Part shown: in pieces, positions 8,332 to 20,634 of the stretch
Position numbering within the stretch: the first letter of the stretch is position 1
Layout: each line of letters opens with the position of its first letter
DNA from: Thermoplasmata archaeon
GTDB lineage: Archaea; Thermoplasmatota; Thermoplasmata; Lutacidiplasmatales; UBA184
Length of the DNA: 64,000 bases
Reading direction: 5' to 3'
Assembly: GCA_027306505.1 (NCBI GenBank)
Contig: DAHUZP010000072.1
Coordinates: forward strand, 3,388 to 67,387
Translations under genes and position numbers: made by a program
The notes under the pieces: model-generated
Told to the model about the DNA's origin: nothing
The model's input: only the letters and a program-made list of their open reading frames with translations
The model's database searches: none

Positions 8332-11300
8332 GTGAGCGTGAACGGAAGGCGGAGCCATCGTCGGACCCCATGGGGGATTGCGTCCCCCGGCGTTTCTGCC
8401 AGGGCCGGGCGGGTAGGCTTCGCCCTCACGCTCGTCGCCCTCACGCTGGTCGCCGGCGTCCTCCCGATGCTGGTGGCCCCGGCGCCTTCCTCGCAGGATC
8501 TCCCCTCGCTCGGGGGGCTCGCCGCCCTTGGAGCAATCCCCACCCACCCCTCTTCGCCGCCCTCCTGCTTCCCGGGGGTAAGTCCGGAGCGGGGGAGCGC
8601 CACCTGCGGCCCGAAGGGCCCCGGCCCCTTGCCGGCCCCCGCGCCCTTGCCCAGCGGAGGGCAGAACCGTCCGATGGGCGCCGGTACCGTCATTCTGAAC
8701 ATCCCCGTGGGATCGGGCCCCTACGGAATCGCCTACGACAGCGCCAAGAACGAGATCTACGTCGGGGACTACTACGGCAACGCGGTGAACGTGATCAACA
8801 CGGTCACGCAGACCGTGGTGGCGACGATCCCCCTGGGATCCGGCAACGGACCGACCGGCTTGGCCTACGACAGCGTCCACGGATACATCTACACGGCGAA
8901 CATCGGCGCGGGGACGGTCAGCATCATCTCCGATGCCACCAACACCCTCCTCGCGACGGTCAACGTGGGGTACTCCCCCTGGGGCATCGCCTACGATAGC
9001 CGCAACGGCTACGTGTACGTGGCCAACGACGGCGCGGGCACGACCGTCCGCATCTTCAACGGGCTCAGCATCATCGGCTCGGTCGTTGTCGGCAGCAGTC
9101 CGGACGGAGTCACCTACGACGGGGAGAACGGATACGTCTACACCGCGAACAGCGGTTCTCACACGCTCAGCGTCATCTCGGGGGCGACCAACACCGTCGT
9201 GGCGACGCTGTCCTACGCGAATTGGTTCCCCTACTGGGTGGCCTACGGTGCTCGGAGCGGGGATGTCTACGTCGCCGACGCGGGAACGGCAAACGTCTAC
9301 GTGGTATCCGGTTACACCAATGCCCTGGTCAAGACGATCCCGGTCCCCTCCTCACAGACCGAGATGGCCTACGACAGCGGCAACAACGACGCCTACGCGA
9401 CCGTGTGCGGCGGCGGCAGCTCCGTGATGGTGATCGACGGCTCGTCGAACACCTACCTCACCTCGATCGCGACCGGGAGCGCCCCATGCGGGGTCATCTA
9501 CGACACGCTGAACGGGGACCTCTACGTGGCGAACATCGGATCCAACACGGTGAGCGTGATCTCCACCTCGAACCCGCAGGCCACGGTCCCCTCGGCTTCC
9601 CCCGCGAGCGTGGACCTGGGACAGTCCACCACCTTCTCCACGAACCCCACCGGGGGCGTCCCCCCCTACACCTACGTCTGGAACAACCTGCCGCCCGGCT
9701 GCGTCTCCGCCAGCACGACCAATCTCCTGTGCACCCCCACTGGAGCAGGCATCTTCCGGGTCTCCGTGTCCATCACCGACTCTACGGGCTATACGGCCAC
9801 CAGCGGTAGCCTGACGTTCCACGTCTATCTCGACCCCACGATCACGACCCCGGCCGCCACGCCGTCCTCGGCCGACGTGAACCAGTCCCTCAGCTTCAAC
9901 ACCACCGCCTCGAACGGCACCGGGACCTACACGACGTACACATGGACCGAGTCCTCGCCGAACCTGGGTTGTGTGCTCGCGAACTCGGCCTCCATCGCCT
10001 GCGCGCCCTCGGTCACCGGTACCTACACCGCGAGCGTGCTGGTGACCGACTCCAACGGCTGCTCCTCCGGGACACCCGGGGTGTGCGCGGGCTCGCCGAC
10101 GGCCTCCCCCCCGCTCTCCGTCTATCCGGACCCCGTGGTCGGCCCCCCCACGGCCTCGCCGTCAATCATCGACGCGGGCCAGACCGTCAATTTCACGAGC
10201 GCGGTCCCCGTGGGAGGACTCGCACCCTTCAGCTACCGCTGGAACGGACTCCCCTCGGGCTGTGTGAGCTCGGCGACCTCCCGTGACACCTGCACCCCGG
10301 GACGCGGTGGCCTCTTCAACATCTCTGTGAGCTTGACAGACGCGAACGGCTACGTCGTGAACAGCCCGAAGCTCGCCTACCTGGTCAACAGCACGCTTTC
10401 GGTGAACCTCACGGCCTCCGCGCCCACGGCGGACGTAGGACAGACGCTCGTCTTCTCGACCTCGGTCTCCTTCGGGTCTCCGCCCTTCTCCTACGTCTGG
10501 TCCGGCCCCGCGGGTCTGGGATGTTCGCCCTCGGGCGCGCCCTCGCTCTCCTGCGTCCCCACGAGCCCCGGCACCTACCAGGTCACCGTGACGGTGAGCG
10601 ACCACGCAGGCAAGCACATCAGCGCCTCCCTATCGGTCACGGTCGGCTCCGATCCGATCGTCAAGGTGACGGGAGGGAACCAGACCGACGTGGGCCGGAC
10701 CATCCGGCTCCTGGCGAGCGCGACAGGCGGCTTCTCCCCGTACTCCTACCTCTGGGGATACGTGTCGGGGCTGGGCTGTGTGCCCCCCACGTCCACCAAC
10801 CTCACGTGCACTCCCCCGACCGTGGGCATCTACGCCGTCGCGCTTACGCTCAAGGACTCTGTGGGGATGACCGATACCCTCGCCATCTCGATCTCGGTGA
10901 ACCCACCGCCGACGGTGGGCATCAGCGGACCGACGGCCACCGACGAGAGCACCGCGATCCTCTTCCGCGCGAGCCCGGCAGGCGGCACCGTGCCGTTCAA
11001 CTACACCTGGTCCGCACCTTCCGGCCTGGGCTGTACACCTTCCACCAACACGACCATGACCTGCGTCCCGACCGGTGCTGGCAGCCTCCTCGTGAAGGTG
11101 GATGCGACCGACTCCGTCGGCTCCGTCGCGACCCAGACCTGGACCACGCTCGTCTCCCCGGTCCCCGTCCTGACGCTCTCGGGCCCCGGTAGCGGCGCCA
11201 CGGGCACCTCGTTCGTGCTGAACGCGGAGATCAAGGGAGGCACGGCGCCCTTCGCCTACAACTGGAGCTATCCGTCGTTCATGGGCTGCGCCTCCTCCGT

Positions 11301-12330
11301 GAACGCGACGCTCTCCTGCACGCCCGCCTTCGCCGGCACGGACGTCGTGAACGTCACGATCACCGATGCGGTCGGGAAGACCGCGAGCGCCCAGGTCACG
11401 ATCCGGGTCACGGCGACGGTCGTACAGTCGTCTCCGCCCGCCGCGAACGGGCTCAACTCGGTCGTGCTCTTGCTCTACCTCATCCTCATCGCCCTGGTGG
11501 CGTTGGTGATCCTCCTCGCCTTCCGCCAACGAGGACGCGCGCGGGCACGGGAGGGATCCTCCGACGAGGAGAGCGGTCCGTCCCCCTCGAGCCCTTCGGC
11601 TGCTGCTCCACCCGCGTCCCCGGGCAGCGAAAGCCCTGCCGCGAGCCCGTCAGGGATCGGAGAGACCCTCGGTGCTGACGTAGGGGCTGGCTCGATGGCT
11701 GCATCGCCCTCTCAGGAGGTCGGACCCTCGACCCTGGAGACGGGCCCCGGTTCACCCCCCCTGATGGCGCCCGCCGAAGTCGCCCCCGAAGTGCACCCCG
11801 GTCCTCCCCCCCTGGAGGAAGCGGCCCCGGTGCCCCCATCGTTCGGGGCGCGGTCCTCCGAGACCGCGACGTGCGCGGATTGCGGGGCGGAGATCCCACC
11901 TGGGCGCAACTGTCCCGTCTGCGGAAGCCCCGGCCCGGTCTCCGCTTCTGTGAACGAGCCGACCGCCGGAGAGGCTGCGCTGCAGAACTACCTTGACCAC
12001 TATCGACCCGGGGCCAACGCACCGTCGACCTCCGCCCCGCCCTCTGCAGCGAAGGCTTCGCCTCCGCCGAGGAGCCCGCCTTCGCCCTCCCCTGCGCCCG
12101 TCCCGTCCACCGCTCCTTCGCCGTCCGCGTCCCTTCCCCCGCCGCTCCCGCCGCCCCTCCCACCGGCCGCCGCGCATCCCCCTGGCACGGTCGAGGGAGG
12201 GCCGTCTAAGGTCGCGCACTGTCCGCAGTGCGGGATGCCTCTCCCGGGCGTCGGTCTACGATGTGCCAACTGCGATCTGCTCGCCCGCAATCTTCAGTCG
12301 GGGCTCTCCAAGCAGCCTCCGAGCGGGTGA
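8332..12330 (+). CDS. Surface protein: 7-bladed YVTN propeller + 7 Cys-paired PKD/Ig-like repeats + TM + Pro-rich tail with two zinc ribbons
   Basis: Seven YD-x2-[NH]G-x2-YV type blades and seven GC-x9-C-x-P repeats. TM VVLLLYLILIALVALVILLAF. Zinc ribbons CADC..CPVC and CPQC..CANC. Confidence 0.85.
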   Translation: MSVNGRRSHRRTPWGIASPGVSARAGRVGFALTLVALTLVAGVLPMLVAPAPSSQDLPSLGGLAALGAIPTHPSSPPSCFPGVSPERGSATCGPKGPGPLPAPAPLPSGGQNRPMGAGTVILNIPVGSGPYGIAYDSAKNEIYVGDYYGNAVNVINTVTQTVVATIPLGSGNGPTGLAYDSVHGYIYTANIGAGTVSIISDATNTLLATVNVGYSPWGIAYDSRNGYVYVANDGAGTTVRIFNGLSIIGSVVVGSSPDGVTYDGENGYVYTANSGSHTLSVISGATNTVVATLSYANWFPYWVAYGARSGDVYVADAGTANVYVVSGYTNALVKTIPVPSSQTEMAYDSGNNDAYATVCGGGSSVMVIDGSSNTYLTSIATGSAPCGVIYDTLNGDLYVANIGSNTVSVISTSNPQATVPSASPASVDLGQSTTFSTNPTGGVPPYTYVWNNLPPGCVSASTTNLLCTPTGAGIFRVSVSITDSTGYTATSGSLTFHVYLDPTITTPAATPSSADVNQSLSFNTTASNGTGTYTTYTWTESSPNLGCVLANSASIACAPSVTGTYTASVLVTDSNGCSSGTPGVCAGSPTASPPLSVYPDPVVGPPTASPSIIDAGQTVNFTSAVPVGGLAPFSYRWNGLPSGCVSSATSRDTCTPGRGGLFNISVSLTDANGYVVNSPKLAYLVNSTLSVNLTASAPTADVGQTLVFSTSVSFGSPPFSYVWSGPAGLGCSPSGAPSLSCVPTSPGTYQVTVTVSDHAGKHISASLSVTVGSDPIVKVTGGNQTDVGRTIRLLASATGGFSPYSYLWGYVSGLGCVPPTSTNLTCTPPTVGIYAVALTLKDSVGMTDTLAISISVNPPPTVGISGPTATDESTAILFRASPAGGTVPFNYTWSAPSGLGCTPSTNTTMTCVPTGAGSLLVKVDATDSVGSVATQTWTTLVSPVPVLTLSGPGSGATGTSFVLNAEIKGGTAPFAYNWSYPSFMGCASSVNATLSCTPAFAGTDVVNVTITDAVGKTASAQVTIRVTATVVQSSPPAANGLNSVVLLLYLILIALVALVILLAFRQRGRARAREGSSDEESGPSPSSPSAAAPPASPGSESPAASPSGIGETLGADVGAGSMAASPSQEVGPSTLETGPGSPPLMAPAEVAPEVHPGPPPLEEAAPVPPSFGARSSETATCADCGAEIPPGRNCPVCGSPGPVSASVNEPTAGEAALQNYLDHYRPGANAPSTSAPPSAAKASPPPRSPPSPSPAPVPSTAPSPSASLPPPLPPPLPPAAAHPPGTVEGGPSKVAHCPQCGMPLPGVGLRCANCDLLARNLQSGLSKQPPSG

Positions 12331-12437
12331 GCGATGTCACTTCCTACCGACACCCGGGTCCTCACGGGCATCTACGGGTGCCCCTAGGTACCTAAGTACG
12401 GCGCTCCCCAGGCTTCAAATGCAAGGGGCGAGATAGC

Positions 12438-14798
12438 ATGCTACGAATTAGCATGCGGGGCCCTTCGTCGGACCGACCCCTCCTTGCGGCGGGGTCGCTG
12501 TTGTTGAACCTCCTTGTGCTGGGGCTGGGCCTGGTGCTGGTCCCCGGGCTCGCCGCCTATCCCGCCGCTGGAAGCACGCTCTCCGCGCCTCCGACCCCGA
12601 CGGCAAGGACGCCCCAGGCCGTCTCCGCGCCCTCGAGCGTCGCCTCGAGCCCGTTCGGGTCCTTCATCGTCGCGAGTGGGAACAGTTGCACTTCCGGCTA
12701 TAACGGCTCGTGCCCGCACCTCATCCCATCGATCCAGGTCACGCCGTCCACCATCTGCAAGTTGGGCATGGGCGGCTGCGGTCCGCACCCCTTCGATGCG
12801 AGGGTGACCCTCAACGTGACGGCGAAGGGTTCGGCCCTCGCCAGCCCTCCGAACGTCCAGGTCGTCTTCGTCATCGAGACGACCCCCTTCGACGGCGTCT
12901 TCGACCCGGGATCTGAGGACTACGGCGGGTCCTCCCCGGGCAGCTTCGGCACAGGGGGACCCTTAGACCCGTGCGGGGGCCCATGCATGGAGTCGAACGG
13001 CGTGCCCTACTTCATCAGCAACGCGGGAGCGATCGCCTCCAACATCGCCTCGAAGTACAGCGCATCCACCTCGAGCTGCACCCCCGGGGGCGGGCAGAAC
13101 TCGGTCTGCTTCGCTCTGGTGGACTACTTCGCCGACTGCGTGAACTCCCCACCCACCACCTGCGCCGGAGACTCCCAGAACGATGCGGACGGGAGCGAGT
13201 ACAACGTCGACATCTCGAGCTTCGTCCCCGCGTCGACGTTCGGGAGCATGGTCACGACCATGTTCAACGGCGGGTCTCTCTTCGGGTCCCAGTACAACAG
13301 CGCGAAGTGCTACGACGGGTCGGGCACCTGGGTCTACTGCGACTCGGACTTCTCCGACAACATGCTCGACTCCTCCTCGATCACCGCGCTCTACGGGGCG
13401 CTACAGGGGACCGGGCTCGGCTGGAGCACCGCCGACGACCACGCGGTCGTGCTCATGACCTCCACCGCCCCGCGCGACCCCTCCTACCAGGTGCAGTACG
13501 CCCCCACCTACTCCGACTGGTGGAACCAGGGGCCCAGCCTCACCTGCGAGCCCTCCTACACCTTCGGGACCGGGCTCACCTCCCCCGCCTGCGTCGGATG
13601 GGTGACCCCGAACGGCGGGGGCAACTCCATCGCCCAGTACGCGAAGAGCTCCAACACGACGATCAACGTGATCGACCTCCCGAACGGGATGACGGAGCTC
13701 AATTCGGGCGACTACGATCTGAGCGTGCCGACCGCGGCGTCGGAGGCGACCTCGGACATCCAGGCCATCTTAGGGGCCGGCTGCGACATGGCCACCGCGA
13801 CGGGAGGCATCTGGGAGGGACCGTCGGGCTACCAGTGCTCCGCCGCTCCGCCGGGAAGTGGAGGGCAGGGGAACCTCACCATCAGCTGTTCCGGGGCGAT
13901 CATCGGCTGTGTCCCTCCGAACCAGTGGTACGCTCCGCCGACCGCGTGGAACTCGGACCCGGGCCTCGGGTGGGCGCTCTCCAACATCCAGTTCCCCTAC
14001 GTCCGGTCCTACGTCGCCGCCCAGAACACCCAGAAGGGGATCTTCCAGTTCATCCCGAGCCCGTACTTCGCGATCGACACGGTCGCCTATGGCGGGTCGA
14101 TCGGCTCTCCGAACTACGTGGTGAGCTGCTCCAGCACCGTCCGCCCCCTGCCGCCCTGCAGCCCCGCCCCTTATGCGACAGGGCTGGGCAACGGCGGGGT
14201 GAGCTGGTCGTGGCCCTACAGCACGATGTACATCAACGACACCTGGACCGAGTCCTTCAATCTCGTGACCACGACCAATTTCCCCACCTCCGAGCTCAAC
14301 CGGATGGTCCCGGTGGACGCCTGCATCAACAGCGCGAACCCCTGGCACGGTTGTGGCGGGGCCACCAGCTCGACCTTCACCCAGGTGAACTACACGAAGT
14401 ACGACGGGTCCTCGATCGTGCAGCAGTCCTTCCCGCCCGGCTTCGTCCGCGTGCTCTCCACCTTCCCACCGCCTCCCCCGCCACCCCCGCCTCCACCACC
14501 GCCTCCCCCGCCACCCCCGCCGGGCATGCCCATCACCCAGCCGGTGCTCAACCCGCTCGCGAACCCGCTCTCCAACCCGCTCACGGCACCGGTAACGCAG
14601 CCCGTGACCCAGGTGGTCTCCCAACCGTCCATGTCACCCAACATCAACATGGCGCTGACCCCCGTGACCATGCCGGGCACCGCGACCTTCGTCGCTTCGT
14701 TCAGCTTGTTGGGGGTCGCGAGCCGTGTCCGCCAGCGCCGGATGGTGGCCATGCGCATGGTGGTGAAGCGCGGGCCCCACGCTGGGGCGGGCGGTTGA
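12438..14798 (+). CDS. Secreted Cys-rich von Willebrand factor A-like protein with poly-Pro linker and C-terminal hydrophobic/basic tail
   Basis: Signal peptide. VQVVFVIETT, FALVDY and ALYGAL..LGWS..HAVVLMTSTAPRD resemble vWA strands and helices. P19 tract. Ends FSLLGVASRVRQRRMVAMRMVVKR. Confidence 0.65.
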   Translation: MLRISMRGPSSDRPLLAAGSLLLNLLVLGLGLVLVPGLAAYPAAGSTLSAPPTPTARTPQAVSAPSSVASSPFGSFIVASGNSCTSGYNGSCPHLIPSIQVTPSTICKLGMGGCGPHPFDARVTLNVTAKGSALASPPNVQVVFVIETTPFDGVFDPGSEDYGGSSPGSFGTGGPLDPCGGPCMESNGVPYFISNAGAIASNIASKYSASTSSCTPGGGQNSVCFALVDYFADCVNSPPTTCAGDSQNDADGSEYNVDISSFVPASTFGSMVTTMFNGGSLFGSQYNSAKCYDGSGTWVYCDSDFSDNMLDSSSITALYGALQGTGLGWSTADDHAVVLMTSTAPRDPSYQVQYAPTYSDWWNQGPSLTCEPSYTFGTGLTSPACVGWVTPNGGGNSIAQYAKSSNTTINVIDLPNGMTELNSGDYDLSVPTAASEATSDIQAILGAGCDMATATGGIWEGPSGYQCSAAPPGSGGQGNLTISCSGAIIGCVPPNQWYAPPTAWNSDPGLGWALSNIQFPYVRSYVAAQNTQKGIFQFIPSPYFAIDTVAYGGSIGSPNYVVSCSSTVRPLPPCSPAPYATGLGNGGVSWSWPYSTMYINDTWTESFNLVTTTNFPTSELNRMVPVDACINSANPWHGCGGATSSTFTQVNYTKYDGSSIVQQSFPPGFVRVLSTFPPPPPPPPPPPPPPPPPPPGMPITQPVLNPLANPLSNPLTAPVTQPVTQVVSQPSMSPNINMALTPVTMPGTATFVASFSLLGVASRVRQRRMVAMRMVVKRGPHAGAGG
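14466..14522 (+). repeat. Poly-proline (P19) tract built from a tandemly duplicated ~30-nt unit
   Basis: ccaccgcctcccccgccacccccgcctcca is followed by ccaccgcctcccccgccacccccgccg. Confidence 0.85.
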
Positions 14799-14824
14799 AC
14801 CGCGTCTGAGCCCCAGGCAGCGCC

Positions 14825-16135
14825 TCAGCGCTCGCTCAGCAGGTGCAGGGCGGCCCGTTCGATCTCGGGGGCCTCCTTCGCCCAGTCGACCTTGAGGAGC
14901 CGTCGCGACTCGACCACCTTCTCGCCTTGGACGAGGACCGTGTGGACGGCGTCGTCCTGAGCGGAGTACACGAGGTTCGAGACCGCGTTGTCCGCCCGCG
15001 TCGGCAACAGCGAGGGGTGGGAGAGGTCGTAGAGGACCAGGTCCGCTTGGAACCCGGGGGCCAGCACGCCCAGGTCGCGTTCCCGGCCGAGCGCCCGGGC
15101 CGCGTCACGGGTCGCCATGTCCAGCACCACGGGGGCGGGGAGGCTCTCAGGGTCGTGCCGCTGCTGCTTGTGCACGAGCGCCGTGAGGTGCATCTCGCGG
15201 AGCATGGAGAGCCCGTTGTTGGAGGTCGAGGAGTCCGTGCCCAGGCTCACCGTCGCCCCGCTCTCGCGGAGCTCCGTCACCGGGCAGATCCCTCCGCCCC
15301 CCGAGGCGAGCTTCATGTTCGAGCTCGGGCAGTGGGCCACCGCGACCGACTTCCGGGAGAGCAGCTCGATCTCCCGGTTGGTGAGCCAGACCCCGTGGGC
15401 CGCCACCTGGTGACGGCCGAGGAACCCCAGGCTGTCGAGCCACTCCGGTGGCCGCTTCCCGCGCTTCTTCTCGTTGTCCTGGACCTCCCCTCGGGTCTCG
15501 GAAAGGTGGTAGTGGAGGAGGACCTTCTCCTTCTCGGCGAGCTCCTTGCCCTTGAGCCAGGTCTCGTCCTTGCAGGCATAGACCCCCTGGAGCGCGACCA
15601 GGGGAGAGATCCGGCCTTGGCCCTTCCAGCGCCGGATGAACCCCGCCGCGTTGTCGAGAGGGATGCCCTTCTGGGTCGTGATCTCCGGGTCGAGGACGGT
15701 CCAGCCGAGGAAGCCCCGGATACCGGTCCGCTCGCAGGCGCGGGCGACCGCGTCCTCCCCGTAGTACATGTCGAGGAACCCGGTGGTCCCGCCGAGGAGC
15801 ATCTCCGCCGCCCCCAGGAGGGCTCCCGCCTCGATGTCCACCTCGGTGCGCTTCGCGTCGACCGCGAACATCTTCTCGAGGAACTTCGGGAAGTCCCGGT
15901 CATCGGCCGCCCCCTTGAGGAGCGCGTTCGCGATGTGGGTGTGCGTGTTGAGGAACCCCGGGGCGATCAGGAACCGGTGCGCGTCGATCTCGGTGTCCGC
16001 GCGCGCCTTGATGGCAGGAGCCACCTCCTCGATCTTGCCCCCGCGCAGGAGGAGGTCGCCCCGGTACACCCTCCGCGAATCGTCCTGGGTCACGATCAGC
16101 GCGCCGCGGAGGGCGGTCGAGGGAGCGTCGGTCAT
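14825..16135 (-). CDS. Amidohydrolase, 5-methylthioadenosine/S-adenosylhomocysteine deaminase (MtaD-like)
   Basis: PGFLNTHTH, HYHLSET, AHGVWL, HCPSSNMKLASG and LGTDS motifs. Start placed at MTDAPST (16135). Confidence 0.85.
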   Translation of the reverse strand: MTDAPSTALRGALIVTQDDSRRVYRGDLLLRGGKIEEVAPAIKARADTEIDAHRFLIAPGFLNTHTHIANALLKGAADDRDFPKFLEKMFAVDAKRTEVDIEAGALLGAAEMLLGGTTGFLDMYYGEDAVARACERTGIRGFLGWTVLDPEITTQKGIPLDNAAGFIRRWKGQGRISPLVALQGVYACKDETWLKGKELAEKEKVLLHYHLSETRGEVQDNEKKRGKRPPEWLDSLGFLGRHQVAAHGVWLTNREIELLSRKSVAVAHCPSSNMKLASGGGGICPVTELRESGATVSLGTDSSTSNNGLSMLREMHLTALVHKQQRHDPESLPAPVVLDMATRDAARALGRERDLGVLAPGFQADLVLYDLSHPSLLPTRADNAVSNLVYSAQDDAVHTVLVQGEKVVESRRLLKVDWAKEAPEIERAALHLLSER

Positions 16136-16254
16136 CGGGGAAGAGGCACCCGAGAGAGGGGAAGTACGTTTCGTACCCCGGGGTCGGCCCGCGAGGGAGG
16201 AGGGGACCGGGGGCCTTCCCGAGGGCCCGACGTGCGGTGCGGGGGAGGGGTGCC

Positions 16255-16698
16255 CTACGGCTGGAGCAGCATCGCGGGCATGCCCCAGAGCTTGAGCCAG
16301 ACCCGCTTCCCTTCGAAGGGGGGTCCGGGCCTCGCGGCCCAGTACCGGGTCTCCCACTTGCGGACCCACAGGACCACCTCGTGGACGGCCCGGGGGGTCT
16401 CCCTCGGGGGGACGAGGTAGTCCGCCGAGCACTTGAGCGTCGAGCCGACCGAGCCGAGGTCGCCGACGGTCGCCACCAAGGTGGGGGCGGCGGGGGGGGC
16501 CCGGATCGGGGTATAGTCCGCGAGGACGCAGGTGCCTCCCGGGGGGTTCATCCACTCCTTCCCGCCGAGCTCCTGCGCCATCTCTTCGGCGGTGATGGGA
16601 GGGTTTCCGATCGCAGGGTGCCGAGATGCGATCGAGGTCTCGGCCTTATCGAGAACGAGAGCGAGGGGATGCTTCGACCAGTCGAGGGACGCCGCCAT
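16255..16698 (-). CDS. Hypothetical protein (~147 aa)
   Basis: Fills the gap between co-oriented genes, has globular composition, and has an AT-rich box (gaaatac) upstream of ATG 16698. Confidence 0.55.
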   Translation of the reverse strand: MAASLDWSKHPLALVLDKAETSIASRHPAIGNPPITAEEMAQELGGKEWMNPPGGTCVLADYTPIRAPPAAPTLVATVGDLGSVGSTLKCSADYLVPPRETPRAVHEVVLWVRKWETRYWAARPGPPFEGKRVWLKLWGMPAMLLQP

Positions 16699-16760
16699 GC
16701 CGACCGAGGAGGGCCCGTGGTATTTCTGGGCTCCGTCGGAGAGGGCGCGACCCGCGTCGT

Positions 16761-17786
16761 TCAGGCCGACTTCGGTGGGCGAGCCCGAGCGGGTCGGGCC
16801 TCTCCTTCGGACCCTCCCTTCGGGGAGGGGGCCACCTCCCATCGGTCCACGTGCTCCGGGAGGTCCGAGAGCCCTTCGGTCACCCGCGCCTCATAGCGGC
16901 GCATCCCCGAGAAGAGCTCCCGTATCCAACCCTGCGAGGTGAACCAGGCGATGGGGGCGACCGCGGTCCCGGCTATCACCATCCAGACGACCACGGTCGG
17001 GACGCCGGAGGCGGAAGGCATCCCCAGGATCGTCGCGGCCGTGTTCGGGAAGAGGATGACCGTCGCCACGACGGCCAGGATGAGCGTCACGTAGGAGAGC
17101 CCGAGCATCCGGATGTTCGAGATGTTCGAGAGCTCCGCGATCCGGTTGGAGACCCCCGCCATGCGGTTCGCGACCAGCTGGAGCTGGTTCGCCTGGTCGG
17201 TCTGCCGGATCATGAAGATGTCCGTGAGGCCGCTCTGCGTGGCCTGCGTGAGGTCGCGCAGCCGCAGGAGCTCCTGCTCCATCGTCTGGAAGGAGGACGG
17301 TGGACCTCCGGCGAAGGTCAGCACGCGCCCGTCCACCAGGTCGGAGAGCCCGGTGATGGCGCGCCCGAGCTCCTCGCGCACGGTCGCCACCTTGCGCTTG
17401 AGCTCGAGGACCCGCAGGAGGGGGGCGTGCAGAGGGTCCTTCTCAAGCTCGGCGAGCCCCCGGTCGACGTCCTCGATACGCTCGAGCGCCATGCGGCTGA
17501 TCTGGGCCATGGTGTCGAGCACGACGGCCGCGCCACCGGAGATGTGGAGCTCGGCGGAAGGGGTCGCTTCCGGATGGAACTCGCCCTTCGCGTCGACCAC
17601 CCGCACATTGGTCCCGTCGGACCAGAGCGCGATGGGCTCCACGACGAAGGACCGGTCGATGAGCCCCAGATGGAGGAGGACCTGACCGTGGCGGCGGTTG
17701 ACCACGTGCCCGTGCCTCCGGTCGGGGTTGAGGCCGAGAGTGACGTAGGCCTCCTTCAGGTTCTTGGGGCCCGGACCTCCGGTCAT
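16761..17786 (-). CDS. CorA/ZntB-family divalent cation transporter (divergent)
   Basis: Long helical stalk followed by two C-terminal TMs. LFPNTAATILGMP aligns to FLPLTFIAGIYGMN. Confidence 0.7.
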   Translation of the reverse strand: MTGGPGPKNLKEAYVTLGLNPDRRHGHVVNRRHGQVLLHLGLIDRSFVVEPIALWSDGTNVRVVDAKGEFHPEATPSAELHISGGAAVVLDTMAQISRMALERIEDVDRGLAELEKDPLHAPLLRVLELKRKVATVREELGRAITGLSDLVDGRVLTFAGGPPSSFQTMEQELLRLRDLTQATQSGLTDIFMIRQTDQANQLQLVANRMAGVSNRIAELSNISNIRMLGLSYVTLILAVVATVILFPNTAATILGMPSASGVPTVVVWMVIAGTAVAPIAWFTSQGWIRELFSGMRRYEARVTEGLSDLPEHVDRWEVAPSPKGGSEGEARPARARPPKSA

Positions 17787-17890
17787 GGCGTGCGCTCAAG
17801 GGAATGGGTCTCGCCCATGAACTCTTGCCTCCCAGAAGGGCGGAGACCCCCGGGACCCGAGACGGGGACGCGAGGACCGTGGGAGGGCGA

Positions 17891-20578
<2,688 letters not shown>

Positions 20579-20634
20579 CTACGACCAAGGCGCTCGGATG
20601 GACGCTCAAATAGTTTCAGACGCTGCACTTAGAG

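Noticed and set aside
8181-8702. N-terminal extension of the 1314-aa ORF overlapping the divergent gene
   Set aside because: The signal peptide begins at ATG 8180, and the extension is antisense to a real CDS.
1110-12330. Split nitrous oxide reductase (CuA domain + 7-bladed propellers)
   Set aside because: The propellers lack the seven-His CuZ ligand set and there are no nosD/F/Y/L genes. They look like ordinary YVTN surface propellers.
14466-14522. Phase-variable simple sequence repeat
   Set aside because: The Pro codons are mixed and the unit is a multiple of 3, so slippage would not shift the frame. It is a coding linker.
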